From: a virus
Taxonomy: Duplodnaviria > Caudoviricetes
Strand: one strand, 5' to 3'
Virus record (IMG/VR): IMGVR_UViG_3300009496_000071
Span: 1 to 24,303 of that record
DNA length: 24,303 nucleotides
The notes under the pieces were generated by a model. It saw only the letters and a list, made by a program, of their open reading frames with translations, ran no database searches and was not told where the DNA came from. Every line of letters begins with the position of its first letter. The stretch's first letter is position 1. Shown piece by piece: positions 8,734 through 19,264 of this stretch. Both the position numbers and the translations under genes were made by a program.

Positions 8734-9570
8734 ATGGCAAAAAAACAATCAATGGACAGCGTTATAGACGCTCCACAACAAGAACAACCTGTTAGTATTA
8801 ATACACCAAAAACAGAAGTTAAAAAACCAAAAAATACTTGGGCTATTAAAGATAGAACATATGTATTAACTGGAGATAAAACACCAATATCCTTTACATT
8901 AGCTTCAAAGCATCACGCTAGGCATCCTTTAATGTGGTTTGATGAAGAAAAAGGTTATTCAAGAGAATTAAGATATGCCTCAAATCAAAAATCACCGTTT
9001 AGAGATGAACAAGATGGTTTTTCAACATTAAAGCATATTGTATTTAAAGATGGTTCATTATTTGTATCAAAAGCAGATCAAGCATTACAAATGTTGCTTT
9101 CAAATTACCATCCACAAAGAAATAAAACATATAAAGAATTAGATGCTGTGGCTACAGCTAAAGATGATCTTCACGATATTGAAGTTGAAATTCAAGCTTT
9201 AGTACTAGCTAGAGATTTAGATATTGATCATGCTGAAGCAGTATTGAGAGTTGAGCAAGGTTCAGCTGTATCTAAGATGACTACTTCTGAAATAAGAAGA
9301 GATTTATTGTTATTTGCAAAGTCTCAGCCAGAATTGTTTATTGACTTAGTAGAAGATGAAAATGTTCAATTAAGAAATATAGCGATAAAGGCTTCTGAGG
9401 CAAATATAATTACACTTGCTGATGACAATAAAACGTTTAAATGGGCGTTGAATCAAAAGAAAATTATTACTGTTCCTTTTGACGAAAATCCATTTTCAGC
9501 AATGGCTTCTTACTTCAAAACAGATGAAGGGTCAGAAGTATTTAATTCTATACAAAAGAAACTTAAATAG
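8734..9570 (+). CDS. Conserved virion-module protein downstream of MCP (278 aa)
   Basis: Intact ORF, RELRYASNQKSPF motif, position typical of this phage group; function not recognisable. Confidence 0.75.
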   Translation: MAKKQSMDSVIDAPQQEQPVSINTPKTEVKKPKNTWAIKDRTYVLTGDKTPISFTLASKHHARHPLMWFDEEKGYSRELRYASNQKSPFRDEQDGFSTLKHIVFKDGSLFVSKADQALQMLLSNYHPQRNKTYKELDAVATAKDDLHDIEVEIQALVLARDLDIDHAEAVLRVEQGSAVSKMTTSEIRRDLLLFAKSQPELFIDLVEDENVQLRNIAIKASEANIITLADDNKTFKWALNQKKIITVPFDENPFSAMASYFKTDEGSEVFNSIQKKLK

Positions 9571-9578
9571 TTACCTTA

Positions 9579-9617
9579 ATAGTGGCGTGGCCATCTTAAG
9601 GGTGGCCATACTACTAT
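9579..9617. promoter_or_regulatory. Long intergenic hairpin (attenuator, RNA processing or stability element)
   Basis: ATAGTGGCGTGGCCATC pairs with GGTGGCCATACTACTAT (about 17 bp with one mismatch and several G-U pairs); GC-rich in AT-rich context; no U-tract follows. Confidence 0.6.
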
Positions 9618-9631
9618 AAATAATAAAAAAT

Positions 9632-10321
9632 ATGATCAGCATAGATACGGTTTACCAAAGAGTATTAGCTATTCTTAATAAAGAGAATAGAGGTTATATG
9701 ACACCGCAAGAGTTTAATCTTTTAGCCAATCAAGCACAATTAGATATATTTGAGCAATATTTTTATGATCTCAATCAATTTAATAGAGCTGGTCAAATTA
9801 ACAATGAGCACGCTAATATTATTTCAAATATTAAAGAAAAAATTGATTTGTTTAGAGTTGATGAAGTAACTTTAAATTACAATATAAGTTTTGAATTGCC
9901 TGTTGATTTATATAGACTAAGTACGGTAACATACAATTCGTTTACAGAAGTTGAGGCTACTCAAAAAAATGAATTAATATATATAGTTAATTCACCATTA
10001 ACAACTCCCACAACATCATATCCTATATTTTTAAGAACAGGAAATAAAATAAAAGTATATCCAGAAACTATAACTAGTAGTATTACTTGCTCATATATTA
10101 AAAAGCCAAGTAGTATTAATTGGACATACTTTGAAGTTAATAATACACCTTTGTATAATTCAACAGCTGTTGACCACCAAGATTGTGAGCTACATGACTC
10201 AGAAGAAGTCAACTTAGTTAATAAAATATTAACATATGCTGGTATTATTGCAAAATCTCCAGATGTATACCAAGCTGCTGAGACAAAAGAAAATAAAAAA
10301 ATAACACAAGAAAAATCTTAA
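9632..10321 (+). CDS. Head-tail connector / ring protein (229 aa)
   Basis: GYMTPQEFNLLANQAQ N-terminus, YIKKP and ELHDSE motifs typical of podoviral adaptor/ring proteins; synteny. Confidence 0.65.
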   Translation: MISIDTVYQRVLAILNKENRGYMTPQEFNLLANQAQLDIFEQYFYDLNQFNRAGQINNEHANIISNIKEKIDLFRVDEVTLNYNISFELPVDLYRLSTVTYNSFTEVEATQKNELIYIVNSPLTTPTTSYPIFLRTGNKIKVYPETITSSITCSYIKKPSSINWTYFEVNNTPLYNSTAVDHQDCELHDSEEVNLVNKILTYAGIIAKSPDVYQAAETKENKKITQEKS

Positions 10322-10324
10322 TAA

Positions 10325-11215
10325 ATGGCTTTAGCAACTTCTTCACCTTTCGAATATTATAATAGCCTAAATAAGGGAAATTATCAATTTATAACATTAT
10401 CTGATATTATAAATAACTTTATTGTTTCAAACATAGGGGATGATAAAATAATAAAAAGCGCCAAAAGAGCTGAGGTTGCATTTCATGCTCAAAGAGCAAT
10501 TCAAGAAATGAATTATGATGTTTTAGGCATTATTAAAACACAAGAAGTTGAAATTCCACCTTCATTATCATTGCCAATACCGCATGACTTTATAAATTAT
10601 ATAGAGCTGGTTTGGATTGACAACGGTGGGTTGCAGCATCCCATAAAAGAAAGTGCTGTAAGTTTTGAGCCTGTTTCAATTTTACAAGATGATAAATATA
10701 ATTATTTGTATGATGAAGAAGGCAATTTATTGGTGGCTGAAGAATCTATAACAAGGTCAAGGTTTAAAGCCGCAAGAAGTGGCGATTCAAATAGCCAAAA
10801 CTCAGAAACTAATTTTTTAGAAGAAGGATATGGATATAATGTTGACTACGGTAAAAGATATGGTTTAAATCCAGAAAGTGCAACTAAAAATGGATTTTTT
10901 ACAATAAATAATAATCTTGGTGTTTTTAGTTTTACAAGCGACCTGACTGGAAAAATTATTGTAATAAAATATTTATCTGATGGTTTATATTCTGAAAACG
11001 AAATGAAGGTTCATAAATTTGCAGAAGAGGCAATATATAAAAGTATAGCTTGTGGTCTAGCATCAGCTAAATCAAACTTGCCAGAATATCAAATAAATAG
11101 ACTAAAAAAAGAAAAAAGAGCAACAACGCGTAATGCTAAAATACGATTAGCTAAAATTAGCCCGGCTGATATTATTCAAACTATGCGCGGTAAATCTAAA
11201 CAAATTAAACACTAA
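10325..11215 (+). CDS. Tail ring / tubular structural protein (296 aa)
   Basis: FHAQRAIQEMNYD, LPIPHDFINY, YLSDGL, VHKFAEEA motifs; located between connector and stabilisation protein. Confidence 0.65.
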   Translation: MALATSSPFEYYNSLNKGNYQFITLSDIINNFIVSNIGDDKIIKSAKRAEVAFHAQRAIQEMNYDVLGIIKTQEVEIPPSLSLPIPHDFINYIELVWIDNGGLQHPIKESAVSFEPVSILQDDKYNYLYDEEGNLLVAEESITRSRFKAARSGDSNSQNSETNFLEEGYGYNVDYGKRYGLNPESATKNGFFTINNNLGVFSFTSDLTGKIIVIKYLSDGLYSENEMKVHKFAEEAIYKSIACGLASAKSNLPEYQINRLKKEKRATTRNAKIRLAKISPADIIQTMRGKSKQIKH

Positions 11216-11218
11216 TAC

Positions 11219-14200
11219 ATGGCAGAATTAAAGCACACTTTTCAGTCCGGAAGGATGAACAAAGACTTTGATGAAAGGTTACTTCCAAATGGTGAATATA
11301 GAGATGCTCTAAATATTCAAATATCTTCTTCAGAAGGCTCAGATGTTGGCGCTATTGAAAACATACTAGGTAATAAAAAGTTATCTAGTATTAATTTAGA
11401 AAATGCTAAAACAATTGGAGTAATTGCCCACACTTTAAAAGATAAAATATATTGGTTTATTTGTGCAGATAATATTGATGGCATATATGAATTTGATCAA
11501 CAACAAGGAACAATATTACCTATACTTATTGATAAAAAAATAACGTTATCTAAGGTATTAACTTCAATAAATGTTGAATCAAATAGTGATAATGAATTAG
11601 TACTTGATAATATATTAACAACTGAGTTAAAAGAGCTGTGTGGCGCTTTGCCATTAAACAATGATGATGAAGTATTGGTTAACAACAACCTAGACTTAAC
11701 CTGTGCAGATCCTTATATTAAACTTTCAATACCTAAAAATTCGGTATTAAGAAAAGAGAATAATAAATATGTATTTAAGAATGTAGAGTATAATGGTCAA
11801 TCTTATGGTAAGATAGATTTAAGCTTTGTGTATAGCACAGACTCTGTTTTAAATTTTTCTAAAAGCAATTTAATTACAGGTGTAAACATCATTGATGATA
11901 TGTTATTCTGGACAGACAACTTAAATCCTCCAAGAAAAATAAACATCCCTACGTTTAAAAAGTTTTCTAACACTGTGTACCCAAATACGCCCGGTATTTT
12001 TAATACTCAAACAGTAGTAGTATTTGACAAAAAAGACACGAATGGAAATGTTACACAAGGTAATAGAACTTTTACTGAAGAAGATATAAAAGTAGCTAAA
12101 AAAGCCCCTTTATTTGCTCCATCTTTGCTGTTAGAAAAATTCTTAGGTAATGGAATTTATGAAATAAATAAAAAAATAAATTTTTACCAGCAATCATCAG
12201 CTGGTGTAGCCGGACAGGGTAACAAAGTGATAGGTGTTGGTGATGATCTTACTCTATCTGGTTTAACAACATTACCTAGTTGGAGTGTTGGTAACAGTAT
12301 AAGATTAACTGGAGATGAAATAAGTGGAAACGGGGAACTAAATAGCATAGGTACTTTAAAGTCTATTGGTGTGGATAGTGCTGTAATAACTATAACAAGT
12401 CAAGATAATATACCTACTATTAATGATTATTCTGTTAAACTAGAATTAATAGTAAAAGATCCTATATACGAATTGGAATTTGTTAGATTTGGATATAGAT
12501 GGAAATATAAGGATGGTGAATATTCTGCATTATCTCCATTTTCAGAATCTGCTTTTATACCCGGCGAATTTGATTATGATGGTAAAGAAGCATTCAATAA
12601 AGGAATGCAAAACAACATAAGAAAAATAACATTGTCTAATTTTGATTTAGGAGACGACAATATTGAAGAAATTGAAATATTATTTAAAGAAACAAGAAAT
12701 CAAAATATATACACATTACAAGCTGTAAAAAGATTAGGTTTTTTAAACAATTATGAAATAACTAAAAAACAAATACATTCTGTATTGCCTAATGATCAAT
12801 TGCTAAGGAGTTGGGATAATGTACCAAAAGTTGCTAAAGCACAAGAAGTTACAGCTAATAGGATAATATATGGTAATTACAAGCAAAACTATGATATATA
12901 TAATGAACCTATTTTTGATATATATTTAGGTGCAAGAAGTGATAACTTTAAAAGATCAATAAAATCAAACAGACCATATCAAGTAGGAGTTGTTTATATG
13001 GATAGTGATAACAGACACTCTCCTGTGCTTTCAAATCAAACAGGTACAGTTTTTGTTGATAAAAATCAATCTGTTTTTGAAAACTGCTTTAACATATCTT
13101 TAAAAAACAATCCACCCGCTTGGGCAAAATATTTTAAATATTATATAAAAGACACTTCCAACGAATATTATAACTTAACAGCTGACAAATTTTACCATGA
13201 TACCGAAAATGGATATAGTTATATTTCTTTTCCATCTACAGAACGAAATAAAATAACAGATAAAACTTATTTATTATTAAAAAAGCAGCACGGGGCAAAT
13301 AAAGCTGTTTTAAACACTAACAATAGATATAAAGTTATTGATATATTTAATGAACCACCTGATTTTGTATCTGAAATTAAAAAACAAGTATATAGCCTTT
13401 CTAATATACAATTTGGAGCTGGATTGCAAATTGAAACCCCTAAAACAACCAAAGCTGACAATTTAACGCCTACTGAAAATAGTACAAAAATTGTTATTTT
13501 AGCCGCTAATAACGGAGATCCTGACAATACACCATTAGGTATATCTAACACAGATAAAGAACAAATTTTAAAAAATAGATATATACAATTTCAAATAGGG
13601 GGTCAAACAAGCAGACCATATAAAATAAAAAAATTAAATTATAATAATTTATTGGTTGACGATTTAGAGCTTACTATTGATGAGTCTTTTGGAAATGATG
13701 TAAATTTTATATATAACGCAGATGACACATTAAAAGACGGTATATCTATTAATATATTAGAAGTAAAAAACGAAAAAGGAGCAAAGCAATTTGATGGAAG
13801 ATTTTTTATTAAAATTAGAACAAACGCAACTTTATTAAACTCTGAAGTTTCTTCTAATATAGTAGGAGAATATCAAAATGTAGATTCTTACCAATTAGAT
13901 GGAAACCATGCCTACAAAAACAACAGACAGCGTTCTAAAAATAATGCAGACGAAAACCCGCAATATCCAATTTGGGTTGCAAGGGGTGGTTTAAAAACAA
14001 ATGCGTTTACATTAGCTGGTATTAATGGAAAATTTAGTATTCAATTTGAAGAGGCTACTGTAAACCAAGATGAATCAATTATTAAAAAATTTAGTGTTGG
14101 AACTAAATTACAATTTGGCACTGATGAAACTATTTATGAAATAAGTAAAGCTGTTTTTACTAAACTTGAACTAAATAATAAAAAGGAAGTATCTAAAGTG

Positions 14201-17200
14201 TCTTTAGAATTTGCAGACGCAGAGGGTAATAATTTACCTTTAAAAGAGGAGGTGGTGATACCACAGCAGCACGCAAAAGAAAAAGTTACATTAAATATAG
14301 TTGAATCGGTTGACGATGAAAAAGCTTTTTTTACTAAGAATCCAGCAATATTCGAAACAGAACCATTAGAATCTATTACAGAGCTTGATCTTTATTTTGA
14401 AACAGAAAAAGCATATCCAATTAGTGAACATGGCAAAGTGCAATCATTAAAATGGTATAATACTTTTTGTTTTAAAAATGGGGTTGAATCTAATAGAATT
14501 AGAGATGATTTTAATAATATTTATATAAGCACTGGTATTAAGGCTTCTGCTACTTTATCAGAACAATTTAAAGAAGAACACAAGTTTAATGGATTAATTT
14601 GGTCTGGAATTGTTAATTCAAGAACAGGCATTAACAAATCAAATGAGTTTAATCAAGCTAATACAATAACTAAAGATTTATTACCATCATATGGTAGTAT
14701 TCAATTACTAGACGCATGGGACGATCAAATAATTATTCTTTGTGAAGATAAAATTGTTAGAGCTTATGCTGATAAGGATATATTATATAATGCAGATGGT
14801 AATCCAAACGTAGTAGCAACTAATAGAGTAATTGGAGCAATACAGCCTTATTCAGGAGAATATGGTATATCAAACAATCCAGAGTCTTATGCTAAATATG
14901 GCTTTAGAGCTTATTTTACTGATAAAATGCGTGGAGAAGTGTTAAGGTTATCAAGAGATGGTCTTACTCCTATTAGTAAATTAAATATGTCTTCTTTTTT
15001 TAAAGATAGGTTTTTTAGCAAAGGCTGTTATAACTCAAATACAGAGTTAACTGATATTCTTGGATCTTACGATAATTACAATGATTTGTATAACGTTTCT
15101 TTTGCAAATCAAGATACGGTTTGTTTTGATGAAAATGTTAGCGGGTGGGTAACACGAAAATCTTTTGTTCCAGAAAATGCAATTTCCTTAAATAATAAGT
15201 ATTATACATTTGTAAATGGAGAACTTTGGGAACAAGACACTAAGGATGTTCCTTATAATAATTTTTATGATACACAATATAATTCTTTAGTTGAGCTAGA
15301 AATTAATGATAACCCTTCAGTTATTAAAAACTATAAAACACTAAGTTATGAAGGAAGCTCGGGATGGACAGCAAATATTGTAACTGATCAGCAAAAATCA
15401 AATGATTTTGCGTTTATTCCTAAAGAAAACAAATACTTTACTAATATTCCAGGAGAAGTAAGAACTATTGAAAATGTTGACCCTAAAAATTTTAACTTTC
15501 AAGGGGTTGGGCAAGCTTTATCTATAAGCGCAATTAGTGCAGCAAATAATACAAACATTACTTTTGATATATCTCCTAGTGAGACTACATCGTATAAATC
15601 ATCGCCCAAGATTTTAACAAATACTCCTGGAGCAAAACTGCCTTCAACTGTTGATATAAAAATATTTTCAAAAAATAACTATACTTTAGATGCAAGCAAG
15701 TTTAATTTAAAAAATGTTATTGCAACTAATGATGGTGAAGACGTTATTTTAACTTACACACATGGTTTAAAAATTCAACCTTCTGCAAATAAAAGTATAA
15801 ACTTGGAATTATGCAAAATTAATTTTGCATCTAAAAAAGATATATCAACAACAGGTAACTATGTTTTGAGTGGTAATAATTATACAACAACCAAGGGCAG
15901 CGGAAATTATTCTGTTATTGGTAATACTAACGTAATAAAAAATATTACCTCAAGAACAATAACTCCTGCTGATGGTTGGACAATAACAGAGGCTGATATT
16001 GCTATTGACAATCCTAATATATTAATAACAAAACAAACAAATAAAGACGGGAGTATAACGTTATTTGAAAAAATAATTATAGGGGAAGGTAGTGAAACAA
16101 ATATAAATTATACAATAACAGTAAACCCTAAAGAAGAAGTAGTCAAAACCAAAACAATACTTTACTACGATTTAGATGAGTCTAACGTAACACCTAATAA
16201 CAATATTAGATTATTAGAAGTTTATGGTGATCCTGGTGCTGAATTTGCTTATATATTAACGGATACTTCTGGAGAAATTAAAAAAGAAATTAAACTTACA
16301 ATGCCCAATTCTGGTGTTTATGAGGACACTTTAATTTTTCCAACCGGTACAACAGACGAAACGTTTAATGTTAAAATAAGCTCAGGAGACGGGACGGTTT
16401 TAAGTTCAGATATTGTAGATGCGGTAATATACAGAAAAGCTAAAGCAGCACTATCTTTTACTTTCATATCACAATTTAATGATGTTGTAAGTAACAAGGT
16501 AACGCTAAAAGGTTTTACAGGTGATGTAATTAGATCCTCTTTTTCTCAAATTATACAACTTCCTACAGCGGTTTACACGCTTCAAAGACAACCCCAAAAA
16601 TCTGATATTGTTTTTGATTTAGCTGGAGATAATATTAATATTTATAATCTTAATGCAGTATTAGATGATGTTGCTGATACTTTGACCATTACAGGTGAAA
16701 TTGAAGTTGACAATATAATTGAAAACAATAAAGGTATATTAACCTTAGATAGTATTATAAATGAACAAATAACATTAACTATTGATTTTTCAAATATAAC
16801 AACCAACTCATTAGCTACAACAAATTATTCATGGGATCCAAATCCAACAACACATACAATAACAGGTGGTAAAAAACTACCTGCTGAAATATTAAATAGT
16901 TATAATTTTACTTTAACTCCAACGGCAGGTTATAGATTTTTAAATTCTATAACCAATGAAAGTTTTGTTTTAGTCAATGCTTCTAATAATAATGTGTTGA
17001 GTACTTATGCAAATAATAATGAATTAACATTAAGTATTGATGATGATGGATTAAAAATAGGTTTTGATACATTAAAATTCAATCTTCCTGATTCAACACA
17101 AACAATAACTATAAGACCAACAGCGCAAATATCAGAATTAATTACTATTGACTCTTCATATAGCTTATTATACGTTCCTTTAGATAGTGAGGATAGACTA

Positions 17201-19249
17201 TTCGCAAATAAACTTATACTAGGTGAGCTAACGGATGCTTCTAATCAAAACTTTTTATTCCAAAAAATATTTAAAATTGATAGAAAAGTTTCTCAAAATG
17301 AAGATTACACTAAAATATTTTCAACAACTGGTCACACAATTAATTTATTAGATAACGAGCTTTCTTTAGCTACGGCGGGAACATACACGGATATAAATGG
17401 TAATAGTAAAACAATAACTAGTAACATAGAAATTAATAATAATAAAACGGAATTAACTTTAAATATACTTGCCAATATAAATGCTAATCCTGAAAAGGCT
17501 TTAGGTAGAGTAGAGTTTGATTTAGCAACAGAAGAGTCATATCAAGTTATTGAATTGCAAAAAGGTGATTGTTTCTCTACATCATCTTCGTTCAATGCTA
17601 GATTGTTTAATATTGATCCTTTAAATGCAGACCCTGCCATAGGTGGTTATTTAACAAAATACACCTCATCTGAAGAAGGAGTAAGTAATGGGGAAGTAGA
17701 ATTAGAAAATACTTATAAAATAGTTGGAACAGGTTATTTAATTAAAACAACAAAATCGGATCCATTTAGTGTGGATGTAATAAAAGACATTGAAGAATGT
17801 AATCTTGATCAAGACGGTGATGGTGTTAATGATGATTTAGACGCATTCCCATTTGATCCTACTGAATCTTCTGATAATGATAAAGATGGGATAGGAGATA
17901 ATGCAGATCCAGATGATGATAATGACGGATGGTCTGATGCAGAAGAAAAAGCATATGGTACAGACCCTAAGGATCCTAATAATAAACCTTTAGATACAGA
18001 TGGTGATGGAACGACTGATTCATTTGACACAGATGATGACAATGATGGGTGGAGTGATACAAAAGAAGGCACATATGGCACAGACCCACAGGATGCAAAC
18101 AGTAAACCTTTAGACACAGACGGTGATGGAAATCCAGATTCAGCTGACACGGATGATGATGGGGATGGAATTAGCGATATTGATGAAATAGCCGCGGGAA
18201 GTGATCCACTCGATGCTAATAGTAAGCCACCCGCGGACACAGATGGAGATGGGATTATTGATAGCGAAGACTTAGACCCAACTAGGCCAAGTATAAGCAG
18301 TGCAAATGATTTTTCATTTAACACTGACCATTATAGTGATAGTAGTTACAGCCCTAGAAGCAATGGTCAAGTAAGATATTACTACAGAGGGGCTAGTTCT
18401 GGGTATATAATACCAAGATTAAACAGGTTGCCTCAAGGCATAGGTATTAGTCTTTTAACTTGGAAGGCTAGAACGGTAAATGCACCTTGGGTAAATATTA
18501 AAAACACAACAGGACAAGTTATCGAAGATGATAAAATTCAAGATAAAAAAATATTCACAGAAGGTGATAGTGTTAATTTTAATATTTCTGAATTAACTTC
18601 TGAAGACGATAGAGAAGGCAAAATTGCCGTAGATTTTTATTATCAAAATAAATTTATTCTAACAATAGAAGAAGACATAGACCAAAAAGCTGCTGTTTTT
18701 ACCCCTACCGCTTTAACAAGTGGAGAGGATCTACCCACTCCAACTTCAGCAAATATAGATCAAAGTTCTAAAGCATGCCAGGCTATTTTAAGACCAAGTG
18801 CTGGAGGTAAAACTTTTCCTCAAATATTAGAATATGATTTAGGATCAGGCACTGGAACTATAAATATGTATTTTAACGCAGTGCTTAAACCTGATAGATT
18901 TGTTGTTGTTTATGATGGTGAAATAAAAATTGACACTGGGTATATAACAAGACATAGAGACGGTTATGCACAAGGTGACATAAATCTTGCTTTAGATGCA
19001 AAAAGTATTACTAGAACAAATGTAAGATCCCAAGTTTCTGCTTCGGGTAATAGTGCAAGACCTATTGTGGATGGGGTAAAAAGAAATATTGCTGGAACAG
19101 ATGTTCATTGGACATGGGAAAAAAGATCAAGTGTTTCAAAAGCATATGTATATGTTTATGCTCCACTAACAGGAACAAACTGGGAGGTAGCAATGTCTTG
19201 TCCTAATGAAGACATAGAGCTTACTTTTTACAAAGCCACATCGGGATAA
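11219..19249 (+). CDS. Tail stabilisation (muzzle/nozzle) protein with long C-terminal adhesin-like extension (2676 aa)
   Basis: N-terminus FQSGRMNKDFDERLLPNGEYRDALNI, LFWTDNLNPPRKIN, NGVESNRIRDDFN, YGISNNPES motifs of crAss-like stabilisation proteins; core appears to end near FQGVG (about 15511), followed by beta-rich repeats, TSP3-like repeats and a BACON-like domain. Confidence 0.8.
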   Translation: MAELKHTFQSGRMNKDFDERLLPNGEYRDALNIQISSSEGSDVGAIENILGNKKLSSINLENAKTIGVIAHTLKDKIYWFICADNIDGIYEFDQQQGTILPILIDKKITLSKVLTSINVESNSDNELVLDNILTTELKELCGALPLNNDDEVLVNNNLDLTCADPYIKLSIPKNSVLRKENNKYVFKNVEYNGQSYGKIDLSFVYSTDSVLNFSKSNLITGVNIIDDMLFWTDNLNPPRKINIPTFKKFSNTVYPNTPGIFNTQTVVVFDKKDTNGNVTQGNRTFTEEDIKVAKKAPLFAPSLLLEKFLGNGIYEINKKINFYQQSSAGVAGQGNKVIGVGDDLTLSGLTTLPSWSVGNSIRLTGDEISGNGELNSIGTLKSIGVDSAVITITSQDNIPTINDYSVKLELIVKDPIYELEFVRFGYRWKYKDGEYSALSPFSESAFIPGEFDYDGKEAFNKGMQNNIRKITLSNFDLGDDNIEEIEILFKETRNQNIYTLQAVKRLGFLNNYEITKKQIHSVLPNDQLLRSWDNVPKVAKAQEVTANRIIYGNYKQNYDIYNEPIFDIYLGARSDNFKRSIKSNRPYQVGVVYMDSDNRHSPVLSNQTGTVFVDKNQSVFENCFNISLKNNPPAWAKYFKYYIKDTSNEYYNLTADKFYHDTENGYSYISFPSTERNKITDKTYLLLKKQHGANKAVLNTNNRYKVIDIFNEPPDFVSEIKKQVYSLSNIQFGAGLQIETPKTTKADNLTPTENSTKIVILAANNGDPDNTPLGISNTDKEQILKNRYIQFQIGGQTSRPYKIKKLNYNNLLVDDLELTIDESFGNDVNFIYNADDTLKDGISINILEVKNEKGAKQFDGRFFIKIRTNATLLNSEVSSNIVGEYQNVDSYQLDGNHAYKNNRQRSKNNADENPQYPIWVARGGLKTNAFTLAGINGKFSIQFEEATVNQDESIIKKFSVGTKLQFGTDETIYEISKAVFTKLELNNKKEVSKVSLEFADAEGNNLPLKEEVVIPQQHAKEKVTLNIVESVDDEKAFFTKNPAIFETEPLESITELDLYFETEKAYPISEHGKVQSLKWYNTFCFKNGVESNRIRDDFNNIYISTGIKASATLSEQFKEEHKFNGLIWSGIVNSRTGINKSNEFNQANTITKDLLPSYGSIQLLDAWDDQIIILCEDKIVRAYADKDILYNADGNPNVVATNRVIGAIQPYSGEYGISNNPESYAKYGFRAYFTDKMRGEVLRLSRDGLTPISKLNMSSFFKDRFFSKGCYNSNTELTDILGSYDNYNDLYNVSFANQDTVCFDENVSGWVTRKSFVPENAISLNNKYYTFVNGELWEQDTKDVPYNNFYDTQYNSLVELEINDNPSVIKNYKTLSYEGSSGWTANIVTDQQKSNDFAFIPKENKYFTNIPGEVRTIENVDPKNFNFQGVGQALSISAISAANNTNITFDISPSETTSYKSSPKILTNTPGAKLPSTVDIKIFSKNNYTLDASKFNLKNVIATNDGEDVILTYTHGLKIQPSANKSINLELCKINFASKKDISTTGNYVLSGNNYTTTKGSGNYSVIGNTNVIKNITSRTITPADGWTITEADIAIDNPNILITKQTNKDGSITLFEKIIIGEGSETNINYTITVNPKEEVVKTKTILYYDLDESNVTPNNNIRLLEVYGDPGAEFAYILTDTSGEIKKEIKLTMPNSGVYEDTLIFPTGTTDETFNVKISSGDGTVLSSDIVDAVIYRKAKAALSFTFISQFNDVVSNKVTLKGFTGDVIRSSFSQIIQLPTAVYTLQRQPQKSDIVFDLAGDNINIYNLNAVLDDVADTLTITGEIEVDNIIENNKGILTLDSIINEQITLTIDFSNITTNSLATTNYSWDPNPTTHTITGGKKLPAEILNSYNFTLTPTAGYRFLNSITNESFVLVNASNNNVLSTYANNNELTLSIDDDGLKIGFDTLKFNLPDSTQTITIRPTAQISELITIDSSYSLLYVPLDSEDRLFANKLILGELTDASNQNFLFQKIFKIDRKVSQNEDYTKIFSTTGHTINLLDNELSLATAGTYTDINGNSKTITSNIEINNNKTELTLNILANINANPEKALGRVEFDLATEESYQVIELQKGDCFSTSSSFNARLFNIDPLNADPAIGGYLTKYTSSEEGVSNGEVELENTYKIVGTGYLIKTTKSDPFSVDVIKDIEECNLDQDGDGVNDDLDAFPFDPTESSDNDKDGIGDNADPDDDNDGWSDAEEKAYGTDPKDPNNKPLDTDGDGTTDSFDTDDDNDGWSDTKEGTYGTDPQDANSKPLDTDGDGNPDSADTDDDGDGISDIDEIAAGSDPLDANSKPPADTDGDGIIDSEDLDPTRPSISSANDFSFNTDHYSDSSYSPRSNGQVRYYYRGASSGYIIPRLNRLPQGIGISLLTWKARTVNAPWVNIKNTTGQVIEDDKIQDKKIFTEGDSVNFNISELTSEDDREGKIAVDFYYQNKFILTIEEDIDQKAAVFTPTALTSGEDLPTPTSANIDQSSKACQAILRPSAGGKTFPQILEYDLGSGTGTINMYFNAVLKPDRFVVVYDGEIKIDTGYITRHRDGYAQGDINLALDAKSITRTNVRSQVSASGNSARPIVDGVKRNIAGTDVHWTWEKRSSVSKAYVYVYAPLTGTNWEVAMSCPNEDIELTFYKATSG
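17807..18280 (+). repeat. Degenerate 120-nt (40-aa) tandem repeat encoding bacterial thrombospondin type 3-like Ca2+-binding units
   Basis: Recurrent DxDGDG / DDDNDGWSD..E...GTDP.D; AAACCTTTAGAYACAGAYGGTGATGGA at 17984 and 18104 (period 120 nt). Confidence 0.85.
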
Positions 19250-19264
19250 ATAAATAATATAAAA

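Noticed and set aside
17809-18324. 171-aa minus-strand Ser-rich ORF
   Set aside because: Antisense shadow of the GAT/GAC-rich TSP3 repeats; no independent coding signal.
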